Shown: positions 19,757 through 29,447 of the stretch, one piece after another
Layout of the letters: the number at the start of each line of letters is the position of its first letter
How positions within the stretch are numbered: the first letter of the stretch is position 1
Assembly: GCA_035994985.1 (NCBI GenBank)
Contig: DASYKZ010000013.1
Location: forward strand, 1,834 to 65,833
DNA: 64,000 nt
DNA from: Minisyncoccota bacterium
Lineage (GTDB): Bacteria; Patescibacteriota; Minisyncoccia; Phycocordibacterales; UBA9973
Reading direction: 5' to 3'
The notes under the pieces: generated by a model
What the model saw: only the letters and a program-made list of their open reading frames with translations
Told to the model about the DNA's origin: nothing
Database searches by the model: none
Made by a program: the position numbers and the translations under genes

Positions 19757-21688
19757 TTAGACGCTCAATATCACAGGTATGACCAAAGGCCTTTTTTCCG
19801 TTTTTTGATATAAGAATTTTGATACATTCTCTCCGAGTTCCGCCTTGATGAGGTCAAAATTGTCCGTTCGCGCCCTGGCTGCGGCATCTTCAACTAATTT
19901 TTTAATTATGATTCTCACTTGCCGCAGCAGTTCCTGATTTTCTTTCAAGTATACGAACCCGCGGGAAATGAGGTCGGGAGATTTTTTTAACTTTCCGGTT
20001 TTTTGGTCGAGAAGGGCGATGATGACAAACATTCCGTCCTGGGCAAGCATTACCCGGTCGCGCATGACCACTTCCTGCACATCTCCCACCGAAAGCCCGT
20101 CGACGACCATCATCGTGGCCGGAGCTTTTTCTTTGCGGACAGATATTTTTTCTCCTTTAGTTATTTCTACGATAGTTCCATTGTCCGGCACTACGATATT
20201 TTCCTTAGGAAAATTATTCCGTTCGCGGATGATTTGGGCGTGGATGCGCAGCATCGAATGGTTTCCATATCCCGGCATAAAGAATTTTGGATTGACGGCT
20301 TTGTTTATCCAGACGAGGTCTTCCTGCCTCGCGTGTCCGCCGGAGTGGATTTCCGCGATTCCGTAGTGGATAAGTTTCAGGTCGTGCCGGTACAGATGGT
20401 CTTTCAATTTTTGGATGTTGACTTCGTTTCCCGGAATCACCGATGAAGAAAACATGACGGTATCCTGCGCGTTTAATCTGATATATTTATGTTTGCCGGT
20501 CGCCATCCGCATCAACGCCGCGAATTCCTCGCCTTGCGCTCCGGTAGCTATGACCACGATGCGGTTTGGCGGATAGTTGTCTATATCCTGGGCCTGGATA
20601 AATGTATCTGGTTTCGGCTTCATCAGTTCGGCGAGCTTGGCTATGTCGACGTTGTTCTTCATGCTGCGGCCTTCCACCACAATTTTTTTATTGTATTTCT
20701 CGCAGATTTCTACAATTTTTATCATACGGTCAAATTGCGAGGCAAAGGTCCCGATGATGAGCCGGCCGTTTGTCGTCCGGATTATTTCCTCTATATTTTT
20801 CTGGACTTCTTTTTCAGATATTGAAAATCCGGGGACTTCGGCGTTGGTCGAGTCGGCGATGAGGAGCAAGTTTTTTTGCTTGCCGAGGCCTGTCCACTTT
20901 TTTTCTTCTTTCGGGGTCGGCTTGCCGGCCTCATGCTCTAGCTTCATATCTCCTGACACGATTATATTTCCGTCCGGAGTGCCTACTATTACCCCCATGG
21001 AGTCGGGAATCGAATGATATACCGGGAAAAAGCCCAAAGAAAGCTGGTTAAACTTAATTTTTGTATCTTCATCCACTACGTGCAGAGTAAGGGGCGCCTT
21101 ATTAGGATATTCTTCCTGCCGTTTCTTTATCATCAGCATGGTCAGGTTTTGGCCATATATTGGCGGGTTGCCGATGCGGTCCATAATAAATGGTATGCCG
21201 CCGATATGGTCCAAGTGGCCGTGAGTTATGGCTACTGCCCGGATTTTGTCCTTTCGCTCCTCCAGATATTTGAAATTAGGCAATGTGAAATCCGCGCCCA
21301 TAGCTTCTTCTTCATCTATAAAGTGGAAACCGACGTCCAAGACAATGATGTCGTCCTTCGACTCCACTAAGAGCATATTACGTCCTACTTCTTCCACTCC
21401 GCCAAGCGGAATAATACGGATGACATCTTCTCCGGGTGGTGGAATTTTACTTTCGGTTTTAAATGGGCTTTTTCCTCTCATGCTTCCTTTAGACGGACCA
21501 TGCCCTCCTTTGGAGTATTGGTATGTAGAGCTTTTAGATGACCTGGTCTTTTCCCTGGTTTTTGGTCTTCCAGCCGGACGATTTTGTGGATGGCCCGCGT
21601 TTTGTGCATGCGGAGCGGGGTGAGAGGCTTTAGGTTTTTTGTCTTCTTCTCTCACGAGAGAGCTGAAGGGTAGTCTTGTTTTTTTCAT
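19757..21688 (-). CDS. rnj: ribonuclease J (metallo-beta-lactamase/beta-CASP) with ~80-aa basic low-complexity N-terminal extension
   Basis: AITHGHLDHIGG motif, beta-CASP and C-terminal domain length. Confidence 0.85.
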   Translation of the reverse strand: MKKTRLPFSSLVREEDKKPKASHPAPHAQNAGHPQNRPAGRPKTREKTRSSKSSTYQYSKGGHGPSKGSMRGKSPFKTESKIPPPGEDVIRIIPLGGVEEVGRNMLLVESKDDIIVLDVGFHFIDEEEAMGADFTLPNFKYLEERKDKIRAVAITHGHLDHIGGIPFIMDRIGNPPIYGQNLTMLMIKKRQEEYPNKAPLTLHVVDEDTKIKFNQLSLGFFPVYHSIPDSMGVIVGTPDGNIIVSGDMKLEHEAGKPTPKEEKKWTGLGKQKNLLLIADSTNAEVPGFSISEKEVQKNIEEIIRTTNGRLIIGTFASQFDRMIKIVEICEKYNKKIVVEGRSMKNNVDIAKLAELMKPKPDTFIQAQDIDNYPPNRIVVIATGAQGEEFAALMRMATGKHKYIRLNAQDTVMFSSSVIPGNEVNIQKLKDHLYRHDLKLIHYGIAEIHSGGHARQEDLVWINKAVNPKFFMPGYGNHSMLRIHAQIIRERNNFPKENIVVPDNGTIVEITKGEKISVRKEKAPATMMVVDGLSVGDVQEVVMRDRVMLAQDGMFVIIALLDQKTGKLKKSPDLISRGFVYLKENQELLRQVRIIIKKLVEDAAARARTDNFDLIKAELGENVSKFLYQKTEKRPLVIPVILSV

Positions 21689-21708
21689 TTATATTTTTTT
21701 ATTATTAA

Positions 21709-23511
21709 TTAGTGAGCGAATATTTTCCAAACATTATATTTTTCCTTGTTCCATAGATATACTTGCGCGAAACGGTCCGAAGGGAAAGTGACGTGGCCGA
21801 CGGAAACTCCCATAAGATTTGATGATACTACATATATAAAGTCTGGCGTGTACAAGAAAATTGCCGGCATGTCTTTCTTGATTTCGTTTTCAAACTGGAT
21901 ATATTTTTTAGTTCTCGCCCCTGTATTGATTGTAAGAGACGCATCTTCCAAAATTTTGTCCACCGCTGCGTTGGTGTACATGGCTATGTTGAGCCCCGGA
22001 TCTTTTCTTTGGGAAGAATGCCAGAAAGCAAAGAGGTCAGATTCGTTGTTGATAATCTGTCCAAAGAGGAGCGCGTCATACTCCCGCGGACGGATTACGT
22101 CTTGGTTCAAAGTTCCAACTTCAAAAGTTTTTATGTCGACTTTGATTCCGATTACTTTCAAATCTTCCTGTATCTTCGAAGCAGCCTTCACAAGCTCCGG
22201 AGCGTCGCTCGTAGATATAGAAAACTCGAGCGGGGTAGTCGTCTTTTTGCCTACAGCTACAGATTTGCCTTTTACGACCTTTTTTTCTTGGGATGTTTTT
22301 TCCAGATACCCTTCGCTATTTTTTGTCCAGCCATCGTCGCTCAAGCCTTTTTCTACTTTTTGTAAAATCTCTTCACGGGAAGCTTGGCTGTCTGTGTTTG
22401 ATGCATCTGATTGCTGATATTGGGTCATGCCGGGGGGTATAGGTCCGTCTATAATGACTCCATAGCCCGAGAGCACTTCGCGCACTATCCCGTCTTTGTC
22501 TATCGCTTGGTTTATGGCGCTAATGACGACCTTGTCCGCAAAAAGCCTGTTGGCATTTTGGTTGAAGAAAAGTCCGAACACTCTCGGCAGCACCGCAAAC
22601 TCTATTTTATAGCCGGCCTTTTTTAGGTTCTCTGCATTTGTGGGGGAGATAGAGCTGATTTGGCTTACCTGCCTGTTTTCGAGGGCCTTTACCATGTCGT
22701 CTTCATTGGAATAAAAATGCAAATCTATATTATCTATATATGGCCTCCCCAGCGCAAACTTTTTGAACGACGCCAGTTCATAGCTGTCTATGGCGCCCGA
22801 GCCTTCCTTGCTTACGTTTGTTACCATATACGGTCCCGAGCCGACGGGGTTTGTGTTTACAGAATTTAATTCTATCGGCGACCCGCTCCATAGATGCGTC
22901 GGCAGGATTCCGAGCGTCGTATTTTCCAGGAATGAGGCAAAAGGCTGCCTGAGCTTGAATTCAATAGTTTTCTCATCGAGTTTGGAAACAGTTACTCCGT
23001 CCCAGTTTGCCTTGTGCGGACTTTTGATGACAGAATCTTTGACCGTGTTTATGGTAAATACTATGTCGTCAATAGTGACCGGCTTGCCGTCATGGAAATA
23101 AATATTGTCTTTTAAAGTGAAAGTGTAGGTAAGTCCGTCTGCTGAAACCTCATATTTCTCGGCCAAGTCGGGAATCAGGTTTCCGCTTGAGTCTTTTCTC
23201 ATCAGCCCAGAATAAACGAGCGACACCATGTCTTGGTCAGCAGAGGAAGTTGCAAGTATTGGATTTGCAAAGCGGGGAGCGCCGACAATTCCTTCTGATA
23301 TAGACCCGCCGTACATGGGCACGCCCACCATGAAATAATTATTAATACTGTTTAATATTAAGAGCGTGCTCAAGAGTAGGGTGGCCACAAGTACGGAAAA
23401 AACGATTCTTTCTTTTTTAGAAAAGGTAAGAAGAGCAGAATTTATCTGAGCCATTTTTGGTAACTTTGAACCAGCCTTAAGCTTAGGTATGCGGTTATAG
23501 AAATTTTCCAT
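21709..23511 (-). CDS. ABC transporter substrate-binding protein, family 5 (oligopeptide/nickel type), membrane anchored, orphan
   Basis: SBP_bac_5-like motifs (YTFTLKDNIYFHDGKPVT); no adjacent permease genes. Confidence 0.7.
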   Translation of the reverse strand: MENFYNRIPKLKAGSKLPKMAQINSALLTFSKKERIVFSVLVATLLLSTLLILNSINNYFMVGVPMYGGSISEGIVGAPRFANPILATSSADQDMVSLVYSGLMRKDSSGNLIPDLAEKYEVSADGLTYTFTLKDNIYFHDGKPVTIDDIVFTINTVKDSVIKSPHKANWDGVTVSKLDEKTIEFKLRQPFASFLENTTLGILPTHLWSGSPIELNSVNTNPVGSGPYMVTNVSKEGSGAIDSYELASFKKFALGRPYIDNIDLHFYSNEDDMVKALENRQVSQISSISPTNAENLKKAGYKIEFAVLPRVFGLFFNQNANRLFADKVVISAINQAIDKDGIVREVLSGYGVIIDGPIPPGMTQYQQSDASNTDSQASREEILQKVEKGLSDDGWTKNSEGYLEKTSQEKKVVKGKSVAVGKKTTTPLEFSISTSDAPELVKAASKIQEDLKVIGIKVDIKTFEVGTLNQDVIRPREYDALLFGQIINNESDLFAFWHSSQRKDPGLNIAMYTNAAVDKILEDASLTINTGARTKKYIQFENEIKKDMPAIFLYTPDFIYVVSSNLMGVSVGHVTFPSDRFAQVYLWNKEKYNVWKIFAH

Positions 23512-23541
23512 AAGAAGAAATTTTAAACGTAGAAGATGTAT

Positions 23542-23784
23542 TTAGCTGCTTGCCTTTATCAAGATAGATAAAAATGCAAATGCGGCAAAAAGAATCGAAC
23601 AAACAATAGACAAGTAAAAGAGAAACTTTTCAAATCCCCGGCGAGTGTGGTGAAAGCTTCCGGTATCATTGCCGCCTAAAGCGCCACCCAAGCCTGCTCC
23701 GGACTGCTGGAGCATAATAGCTGTTACCAATATTACAGAAAGGATAATCTGCGCGTACGGCAGAATATTCGCTATTAGATTCAT
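23542..23784 (-). CDS. secG: preprotein translocase subunit SecG
   Basis: 80 aa, 2 TM, MLQQSGAGLGGALGG glycine-rich loop. Confidence 0.75.
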   Translation of the reverse strand: MNLIANILPYAQIILSVILVTAIMLQQSGAGLGGALGGNDTGSFHHTRRGFEKFLFYLSIVCSILFAAFAFLSILIKASS

Positions 23785-23868
23785 ATAGACCCATTATCGC
23801 ATATAGGGTCCAAAAAGGCAAACTTGTTCAAAAAAGCTCCTATTTTATGACTAAATTCCCACTAAAAG

Positions 23869-23877
23869 TTATCCACA
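23869..23877 (+). promoter_or_regulatory. perfect DnaA-box consensus TTATCCACA (intergenic)
   Basis: Exact 9-mer; shares 17-nt context aagTTATCCACAgtttt with site at 43994. Confidence 0.3.
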
Positions 23878-24102
23878 GTTTTTCCACTACTATTATTTAT
23901 AAGGAATATAATATATGAGAATACGAAGTTTGTTATTCATGGTCATCCTTCCGAAGATTCGTAAAGAATTTTCAAACCATTATTAATGGTTGTTAATTTG
24001 AAAGTTTGGAGAAATTTTCAAATATCCTACCGACTCATCCTATAGATATCCTACCTACGGGGCTCCCACACGGCAGCCCCCATTCCTTTTTTGTAGCAGA
24101 TA

Positions 24103-25125
24103 TTGTATATTAAAATAATGAATATTTTAGATTTATTTCAAAAGCTATTCCACAATTTCAACTCTAGGGCGATGAAGGACGCCACCATAGCCTTCAAAAA
24201 ACATTTAGATGACGGCGGCAAGATGATGCTCGCCATGGGCGGAGCCATGTCTTCGGCGCAGATGGGCATCACGCTTGCGGCGATGATAAAAGAAAACAAG
24301 ATTCATGCCATTTCCTGCACTGGTGCAAACCTTGAAGAATCAGTTTTCAGGTTGGTAGCTCACGACAGCTACAAGGACTATCCCGACTATAGATATTTCA
24401 CCAAAGAAGACGACCAGAAAATTTTGGAAAGAGGCGAGCGCCGGGTGACGGATACATCCATACCCGAAGAAGAAGCTTTTCGCGTCGTCGAGCCGATTAT
24501 TTTAAAGCAATGGAAAGATGCCGAAGCCAAAGGCGAGCGGTACTTTCCGCACGAATATTTTTACCAAATTCTATTGTCGGACGACAAAGAAAATAGTTTG
24601 AAAGATAAATACGAAGGCAATCCGGAATACTGCTGGCTCTTGGAAGCAGCCAAGAAAAATCTTCCGATGGTGGTGCCGGGCTGGGAAGATTCCACTCTCG
24701 GAAACATTTTTGCCGGATACTGCAAGGCAGCAGATGGAGAAACAGGCGTCAGCCCGACCGTCATGAAGACTGGTGTGGAATATATGATGTCATTATACGA
24801 TTCATACATAGAGCTTTCTAAAGACGGGCCAGGGCTTGGATTTTTCCAAATTGGCGGCGGAATTGCTGGAGACTTTCCAATCTGCGTCGTGCCTTCCATA
24901 AAATATGATTTGAAAAAACCCGTGCGCCCGTGGGGATATTTCTGCCAGATTTCAGACTCTACTACTTCATATGGCTCATATTCCGGCGCGACGCCAAATG
25001 AAAAAATCACTTGGGACAAGCTGACCAAAGATACTCCGATGTTTGTCATAGAATCCGATGCCACCATCGTCGCTCCGCTCATCTTTGAAGCTATTTTAGA
25101 CAGGTATACTTTGAGCGAGAAATAA
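24103..25125 (+). CDS. deoxyhypusine synthase-like protein (DHS family)
   Basis: GGGIAGDF and SGATPNEKITWDKL resemble DHS GGGxxKH / SGARPDEAVSWGKI; TTG start in ORF track, alternative ATG 24118 preceded by TATATT-6 nt. Confidence 0.6.
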   Translation: MYIKIMNILDLFQKLFHNFNSRAMKDATIAFKKHLDDGGKMMLAMGGAMSSAQMGITLAAMIKENKIHAISCTGANLEESVFRLVAHDSYKDYPDYRYFTKEDDQKILERGERRVTDTSIPEEEAFRVVEPIILKQWKDAEAKGERYFPHEYFYQILLSDDKENSLKDKYEGNPEYCWLLEAAKKNLPMVVPGWEDSTLGNIFAGYCKAADGETGVSPTVMKTGVEYMMSLYDSYIELSKDGPGLGFFQIGGGIAGDFPICVVPSIKYDLKKPVRPWGYFCQISDSTTSYGSYSGATPNEKITWDKLTKDTPMFVIESDATIVAPLIFEAILDRYTLSEK

Positions 25126-25129
25126 AACC

Positions 25130-26095
25130 ATGAAAAGCGTTCTTAGATTTTTCATACTTCTCCTTATCTTGGGAGCTATTGTCTATCACTTTCGGGCAGA
25201 GCTTATGAATAAGTTTGAGCTCGCCAAGTCGCAAATTTTTCCAGACTCACCTTGCATAGAGCCTATACCGTATACACTCGGCACCTTTGATGCCAAGTTT
25301 GGAATTTCCAAAGAATACTTCCTCGGCGCTCTGGCCGACGCCGAGGCTGTCTGGGAAAAGCCGCAAGGAGACTATTCCGGTAAAAATCTTTTTGAATATG
25401 TTCCGGCGGATTCCGGCAATAGCGTCATGAAGTTAAATTTAATTTATGATTACCGCCAGCAGGCGACGAGCAAATTGAGCAGTCTCGGCATAGTCGTCAA
25501 TGACAATAGGGCTTCATACGATATGCTCAAGGCCAAATTTGATGCGCTCAAAATACAGCTTGATAAAGACAAGACTTCTTTCAATGCCAAAGTAGCGGCT
25601 TTCAACAGAAGGGGGCAGGCCTACGAAAAAGAAGTAAAATATTGGAATGCGAGGGGCGGCGCATCCGGAGAAGAATACAATAAACTCCAAGCGGAAAAAT
25701 CAGCCCTAGACATTGAGTCCAGACAAATACAAATTTTGCAAAACAATCTGAACGGAAAGACAGACGAGGTAAATGCACTCGTCGTCACTTTAAACAGGCT
25801 TATCACCTCGCTCAATCTTTCCGTCGAAAAATACAACACCACGAGCACCGCGCGCGGAGAGAGCTTTGAGGAAGGAGTGTATAGCAGCGATGGGTTGCGT
25901 AAGGAAATAGATATCTATGAATTTAGCAACCGCGCGAAGCTGGTGCGGGTGCTCGCGCACGAGCTTGGGCACTCGCTCGGCCTTGAGCATGTGGCTGACC
26001 CAAAAGCCATCATGTATAAATTAAACCAAGGCAACAGCGAAGCATTGACCGCGGACGATCTCGCCGCCTTACAAAAGCTTTGCGGTGTAAAATAG
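25130..26095 (+). CDS. zinc metalloprotease, matrixin/metzincin-like, membrane anchored
   Basis: HELGHSLGLEH (HExxHxxGxxH) motif; N-terminal TM; central coiled-coil. Confidence 0.75.
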   Translation: MKSVLRFFILLLILGAIVYHFRAELMNKFELAKSQIFPDSPCIEPIPYTLGTFDAKFGISKEYFLGALADAEAVWEKPQGDYSGKNLFEYVPADSGNSVMKLNLIYDYRQQATSKLSSLGIVVNDNRASYDMLKAKFDALKIQLDKDKTSFNAKVAAFNRRGQAYEKEVKYWNARGGASGEEYNKLQAEKSALDIESRQIQILQNNLNGKTDEVNALVVTLNRLITSLNLSVEKYNTTSTARGESFEEGVYSSDGLRKEIDIYEFSNRAKLVRVLAHELGHSLGLEHVADPKAIMYKLNQGNSEALTADDLAALQKLCGVK

Positions 26096-26220
26096 GGTGG
26101 TGTATAATTAGTGTATTATAAATATTTAATAAAATTGTGCCGCGTTTTAAGTCGCATCTAAACTGAGGACGCGACATGATTCAGCAGAATCAATTACGCG
26201 GCATGATTTCGCAAAATCAT

Positions 26221-26373
26221 ATGCTTACAACTATCGCAGCTGTTTTAATTGTTCTTTGGCTTATAGGGTATATAGGTTTTCCGGTATTGGGAAGCTTTGT
26301 GCATATCCTTCTTTTGATAGCCGTCATCTTCTTCCTCATCCGCATTATTCGCGGAGAAAACCCATTGAAATAA
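26221..26373 (+). CDS. small membrane protein, lmo0937-like family (paralog 1)
   Basis: MLTTIAAVLIVLWLIGYIGF...LLLIAVIFFLIRIIRG; 50 aa; paralog at 37606. Confidence 0.55.
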   Translation: MLTTIAAVLIVLWLIGYIGFPVLGSFVHILLLIAVIFFLIRIIRGENPLK

Positions 26374-26401
26374 AGGGTATTATTAGTTTAACTTAAAACA
26401 T

Positions 26402-26758
26402 ATGGATTCATTTACTTCACCGACCACAAAGCCATTGTACCGGGGCACGCAAGTCGTCTGGTATATCTTAGGTGTCTTGGAAATTTTATTGGCCTTTCGT
26501 TTTGCCCTAAAATTACTGGCGGCAAATCCAAATGCCGGATTTAGCAATTTTATTTATAAAGTTACCTATATTTTCGCAGCTCCATTTCTAAACGTATTTC
26601 AAATAAGCAGGGTAGAGGGCAGTATTTTTGAATGGACTACCATTCTTGCCATGCTCGTATATTGGCTCGTCGCCTGGGGCATCATCAAAATATTTCTTAT
26701 GAGCAAGAGCGTGTCCACTCCAGAAGCGGCAGTCAAACTGGAAAATCAGGAAAAATAA
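26402..26758 (+). CDS. YggT family membrane protein (paralog 1)
   Basis: LAFRFALKLLAANPNAGFSNFIYKVT..PFL YggT signature. Confidence 0.65.
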   Translation: MDSFTSPTTKPLYRGTQVVWYILGVLEILLAFRFALKLLAANPNAGFSNFIYKVTYIFAAPFLNVFQISRVEGSIFEWTTILAMLVYWLVAWGIIKIFLMSKSVSTPEAAVKLENQEK

Positions 26759-26771
26759 CTCTAATAAATAC

Positions 26772-28046
26772 ATGAATACAAAAGTTAAAAAATTAATAGC
26801 GATAATTCTCGCATTGATTATTTTGGCAGGCATAGGTTTTATTATTTTCAAGAAACATATCGGCGGTATCAGCATCCCAAGCAGGACGGACAATATTGCC
26901 AAGCAAAATCCTGCCGGCGGGGAAGAGGTTTCTTTTTTAAAAGCTCCGGACGGTTTCCGGGTCAGCTTGTATGCCAAGGGTTTGCCGGGTGCGCGGGTTA
27001 TCGAAATCGACCCCAAAGGGCGTATATTAGTTTCCGAAACAAGTGAAGGCAAGATAATGGCACTGTCGGACACAGATAGTGACGGCGTTGCCGACCAGCA
27101 AAAAGTTTTACAAAGCGGGCTTGAAAGTCCCCATGGCATGGCTTTCAAGTGCGCCGAAGACAACAGTGACAATTGTTCTCTATATGTAGCCGAAAGAAAT
27201 CAGCTTGTCCGTTTCTCATATGACGCCGACGGTCCCTCTCTCGGCAAAAAGGAAGTGCTTATGGGCATAAGTTCAGCCATTACCGACCACCATTTTACAA
27301 GGTCGCTTCTTTTCCTGCCTTCTCCGAACGAAGACACACTGCTTGTTTCCGTCGGCTCTTCCTGCAATATCTGCAATGAAAAAGATACCGACCATGCTTC
27401 TATACTTTCTTACAACATAAAAACCGGCAAAAAAGAAGTGTATGCCAAGGGCCTCCGCAATGCCACGTTTATGGCCTTGAGTCCCGTTAGTGGAAAAGTG
27501 TTTGCCACAGAGATGGGGCGCGATAGCCTCGGCGATAATATTCCACCGGATGAAATAAATATAATCAATGGAAATAGCCCTTCGGCAAGCTCAGGACAAA
27601 ATTCGATTCCGAATTTTGGTTGGCCGATTTGCTATGGCAAGCAGATACACGATACCCAGTTTGACAAGAAACAATATTTCCGCGACCCTTGCAGTGACAC
27701 CGTTCCTTCTTTTATAGATTTACAGGCGCATTCCGCCCCGCTCGGGCTTTCGTTTGTTCCTGAAAGTCCGCCAACTGGCGGATGGCCGGAAGATTATTGG
27801 TACAACATGCTCGTCGCCTATCATGGCTCTTGGAACCGCTCTACACCCACTGGATATAAAATAGTGCGAATAAAAATGAACGCTAAAGGCGAATACCTCG
27901 GCACCGAAGATTTCATCACTGGATTTCTAAATTCTGATGGAAAAAAGAATGGCCGCCCCGTGGAAATAAAAATTCTCTCTGGCGGTGTAGCTTATATTTC
28001 CGATGATAGCGCCGGAGCTGTTTACAAGTTATCCGTAGTACAGTAA
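26772..28046 (+). CDS. membrane-anchored beta-propeller protein, PQQ-dependent sugar (glucose/sorbosone) dehydrogenase-like
   Basis: ESPHGMAF, YKIVRI, VAYISDDSAGAVYKL propeller-blade motifs. Confidence 0.45.
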   Translation: MNTKVKKLIAIILALIILAGIGFIIFKKHIGGISIPSRTDNIAKQNPAGGEEVSFLKAPDGFRVSLYAKGLPGARVIEIDPKGRILVSETSEGKIMALSDTDSDGVADQQKVLQSGLESPHGMAFKCAEDNSDNCSLYVAERNQLVRFSYDADGPSLGKKEVLMGISSAITDHHFTRSLLFLPSPNEDTLLVSVGSSCNICNEKDTDHASILSYNIKTGKKEVYAKGLRNATFMALSPVSGKVFATEMGRDSLGDNIPPDEINIINGNSPSASSGQNSIPNFGWPICYGKQIHDTQFDKKQYFRDPCSDTVPSFIDLQAHSAPLGLSFVPESPPTGGWPEDYWYNMLVAYHGSWNRSTPTGYKIVRIKMNAKGEYLGTEDFITGFLNSDGKKNGRPVEIKILSGGVAYISDDSAGAVYKLSVVQ

Positions 28047-28080
28047 ATTTATCAGAACAAAAGATGTGTTATAATAGAGT

Positions 28081-28296
28081 ATGTTTCAAAATTATTTACT
28101 TAAAAAGATGCTTCGCACTCAAGGCGTGCCGCCGGGGCAAATCGATGCCTTTGTCACCATGATTGAAAAAAATCCTGAGCTTTTCAAAAAGATTGCCGCT
28201 GAAGTAGAGGGGAAAGTAAAAGGGGGAATGGACCAAATGCAGGCCGGCATGGAAGTCATGCAGAAATACCAAGACGAGCTCAAGAAATTGGTCTAA
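28081..28296 (+). CDS. hypothetical small protein
   Basis: 71-aa ORF with ordinary composition. Confidence 0.3.
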   Translation: MFQNYLLKKMLRTQGVPPGQIDAFVTMIEKNPELFKKIAAEVEGKVKGGMDQMQAGMEVMQKYQDELKKLV

Positions 28297-28324
28297 AACC
28301 TTATTTAAAAAAGATACATAGGTT

Positions 28325-28376
28325 ACTTGTCAATTACTTGACAATTAAATATAGATTGGTTTACAATTGGTTTACA
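28325..28376 (+). promoter_or_regulatory. operator-like repeats upstream of island gene: imperfect inverted repeat ACTTGTCAA/TTGACAAT plus tandem perfect 11-mer ATTGGTTTACA x2
   Basis: 28355-28365 and 28366-28376 identical; TACAAT -10-like element embedded. Confidence 0.45.
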
Positions 28377-28380
28377 ATCT

Positions 28381-29430
28381 ATGTTAACAAAAACCGAAAT
28401 ATTAAAAATAGCGAAAGAGAAGGATAAACTTTACTCTAAGGATTTAGTGTTGCAGTTTAAGGTCTCTAGGCAATATGTTAATCTTTTGATATCCATGCTA
28501 GTCGGAGAGCGTAAACTTGTAAAAATCGGCTCTACAAGAAAAGCATTTTACGTTCTTCCTGAATACGCACAAAAACATCAAGAAATATTTCCGCTTATAT
28601 ATTCTAAATCATTTAAAAATGAGGGACTTGAAGAGCATAGAGTTATAAGTCAAATAGAAGAGACTTTCCCGACATTAAAAAATCTTCCAGAAAACATACG
28701 TAGTATTTTTACCTATGCGTTTTCAGAAATGTTTAACAATGCAATTGAGCACTCCAAATCTGTGCGTATAGGGGTAGAAGTATCTATCCCTAAAAAAGAA
28801 CTTTCTTTCATTATACAAGACTCAGGCATAGGCGTTTTTCGTAACGTTATGAAGGAGCGAGGTCTAAAGTCTGAAATAGAAGCAATTCAAGATATTTTAA
28901 AAGGAAAGACGACAACTATGCCCAAATCTCATTCAGGTGAAGGTATATTTTTTACGTCAAAGTCTGGAGATGTTTTTATTCTCGATAGTTTTGGTTATCA
29001 ATTAATTGTAAATAATAAGACACCAGATGTTTTCATAAAGACTGTTAGAAAAATAAAAAGAGGCACTCGGGTAATGTTTAAAATCTCTGCTTTATCAGAT
29101 AGACATTTACAAGATGTTTTTAAAAAATATACAAACCTAGATGATAAAAGTGATTATGGTTTTGACAAGACGGAAATAAGAGTGAAACTTTATACTATTG
29201 GCGGTGTCCATATTTCTCGTTCACAAGCACGGCGAGTCTTAGACGGTCTTGAAAAATTCAAGATAATTGTTTTTGATTTTGAGCAAGTTTCTACGGTAGG
29301 ACAGGCATTTGCTGATGAAGTTTTTAGAGTTTTTCATCATAAATATCCAAAGATTAAGCTTGAAGTAGAAAATATGAATGAGGGGGTAAAATTTATGATT
29401 GAAAGAGCACAGAATGAAGCTTCCATATAA
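28381..29430 (+). CDS. wHTH - GHKL (histidine-kinase-like) ATPase - STAS-like (DUF4325-like) fusion protein
   Basis: N-box FNNAIEHS, G1 DSGIGV, G2 GEGIFF; C-terminal STAS-like segment; N-terminal winged helix. Confidence 0.6.
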   Translation: MLTKTEILKIAKEKDKLYSKDLVLQFKVSRQYVNLLISMLVGERKLVKIGSTRKAFYVLPEYAQKHQEIFPLIYSKSFKNEGLEEHRVISQIEETFPTLKNLPENIRSIFTYAFSEMFNNAIEHSKSVRIGVEVSIPKKELSFIIQDSGIGVFRNVMKERGLKSEIEAIQDILKGKTTTMPKSHSGEGIFFTSKSGDVFILDSFGYQLIVNNKTPDVFIKTVRKIKRGTRVMFKISALSDRHLQDVFKKYTNLDDKSDYGFDKTEIRVKLYTIGGVHISRSQARRVLDGLEKFKIIVFDFEQVSTVGQAFADEVFRVFHHKYPKIKLEVENMNEGVKFMIERAQNEASI

Positions 29431-29447
29431 GTATTAAAATTATAAAC

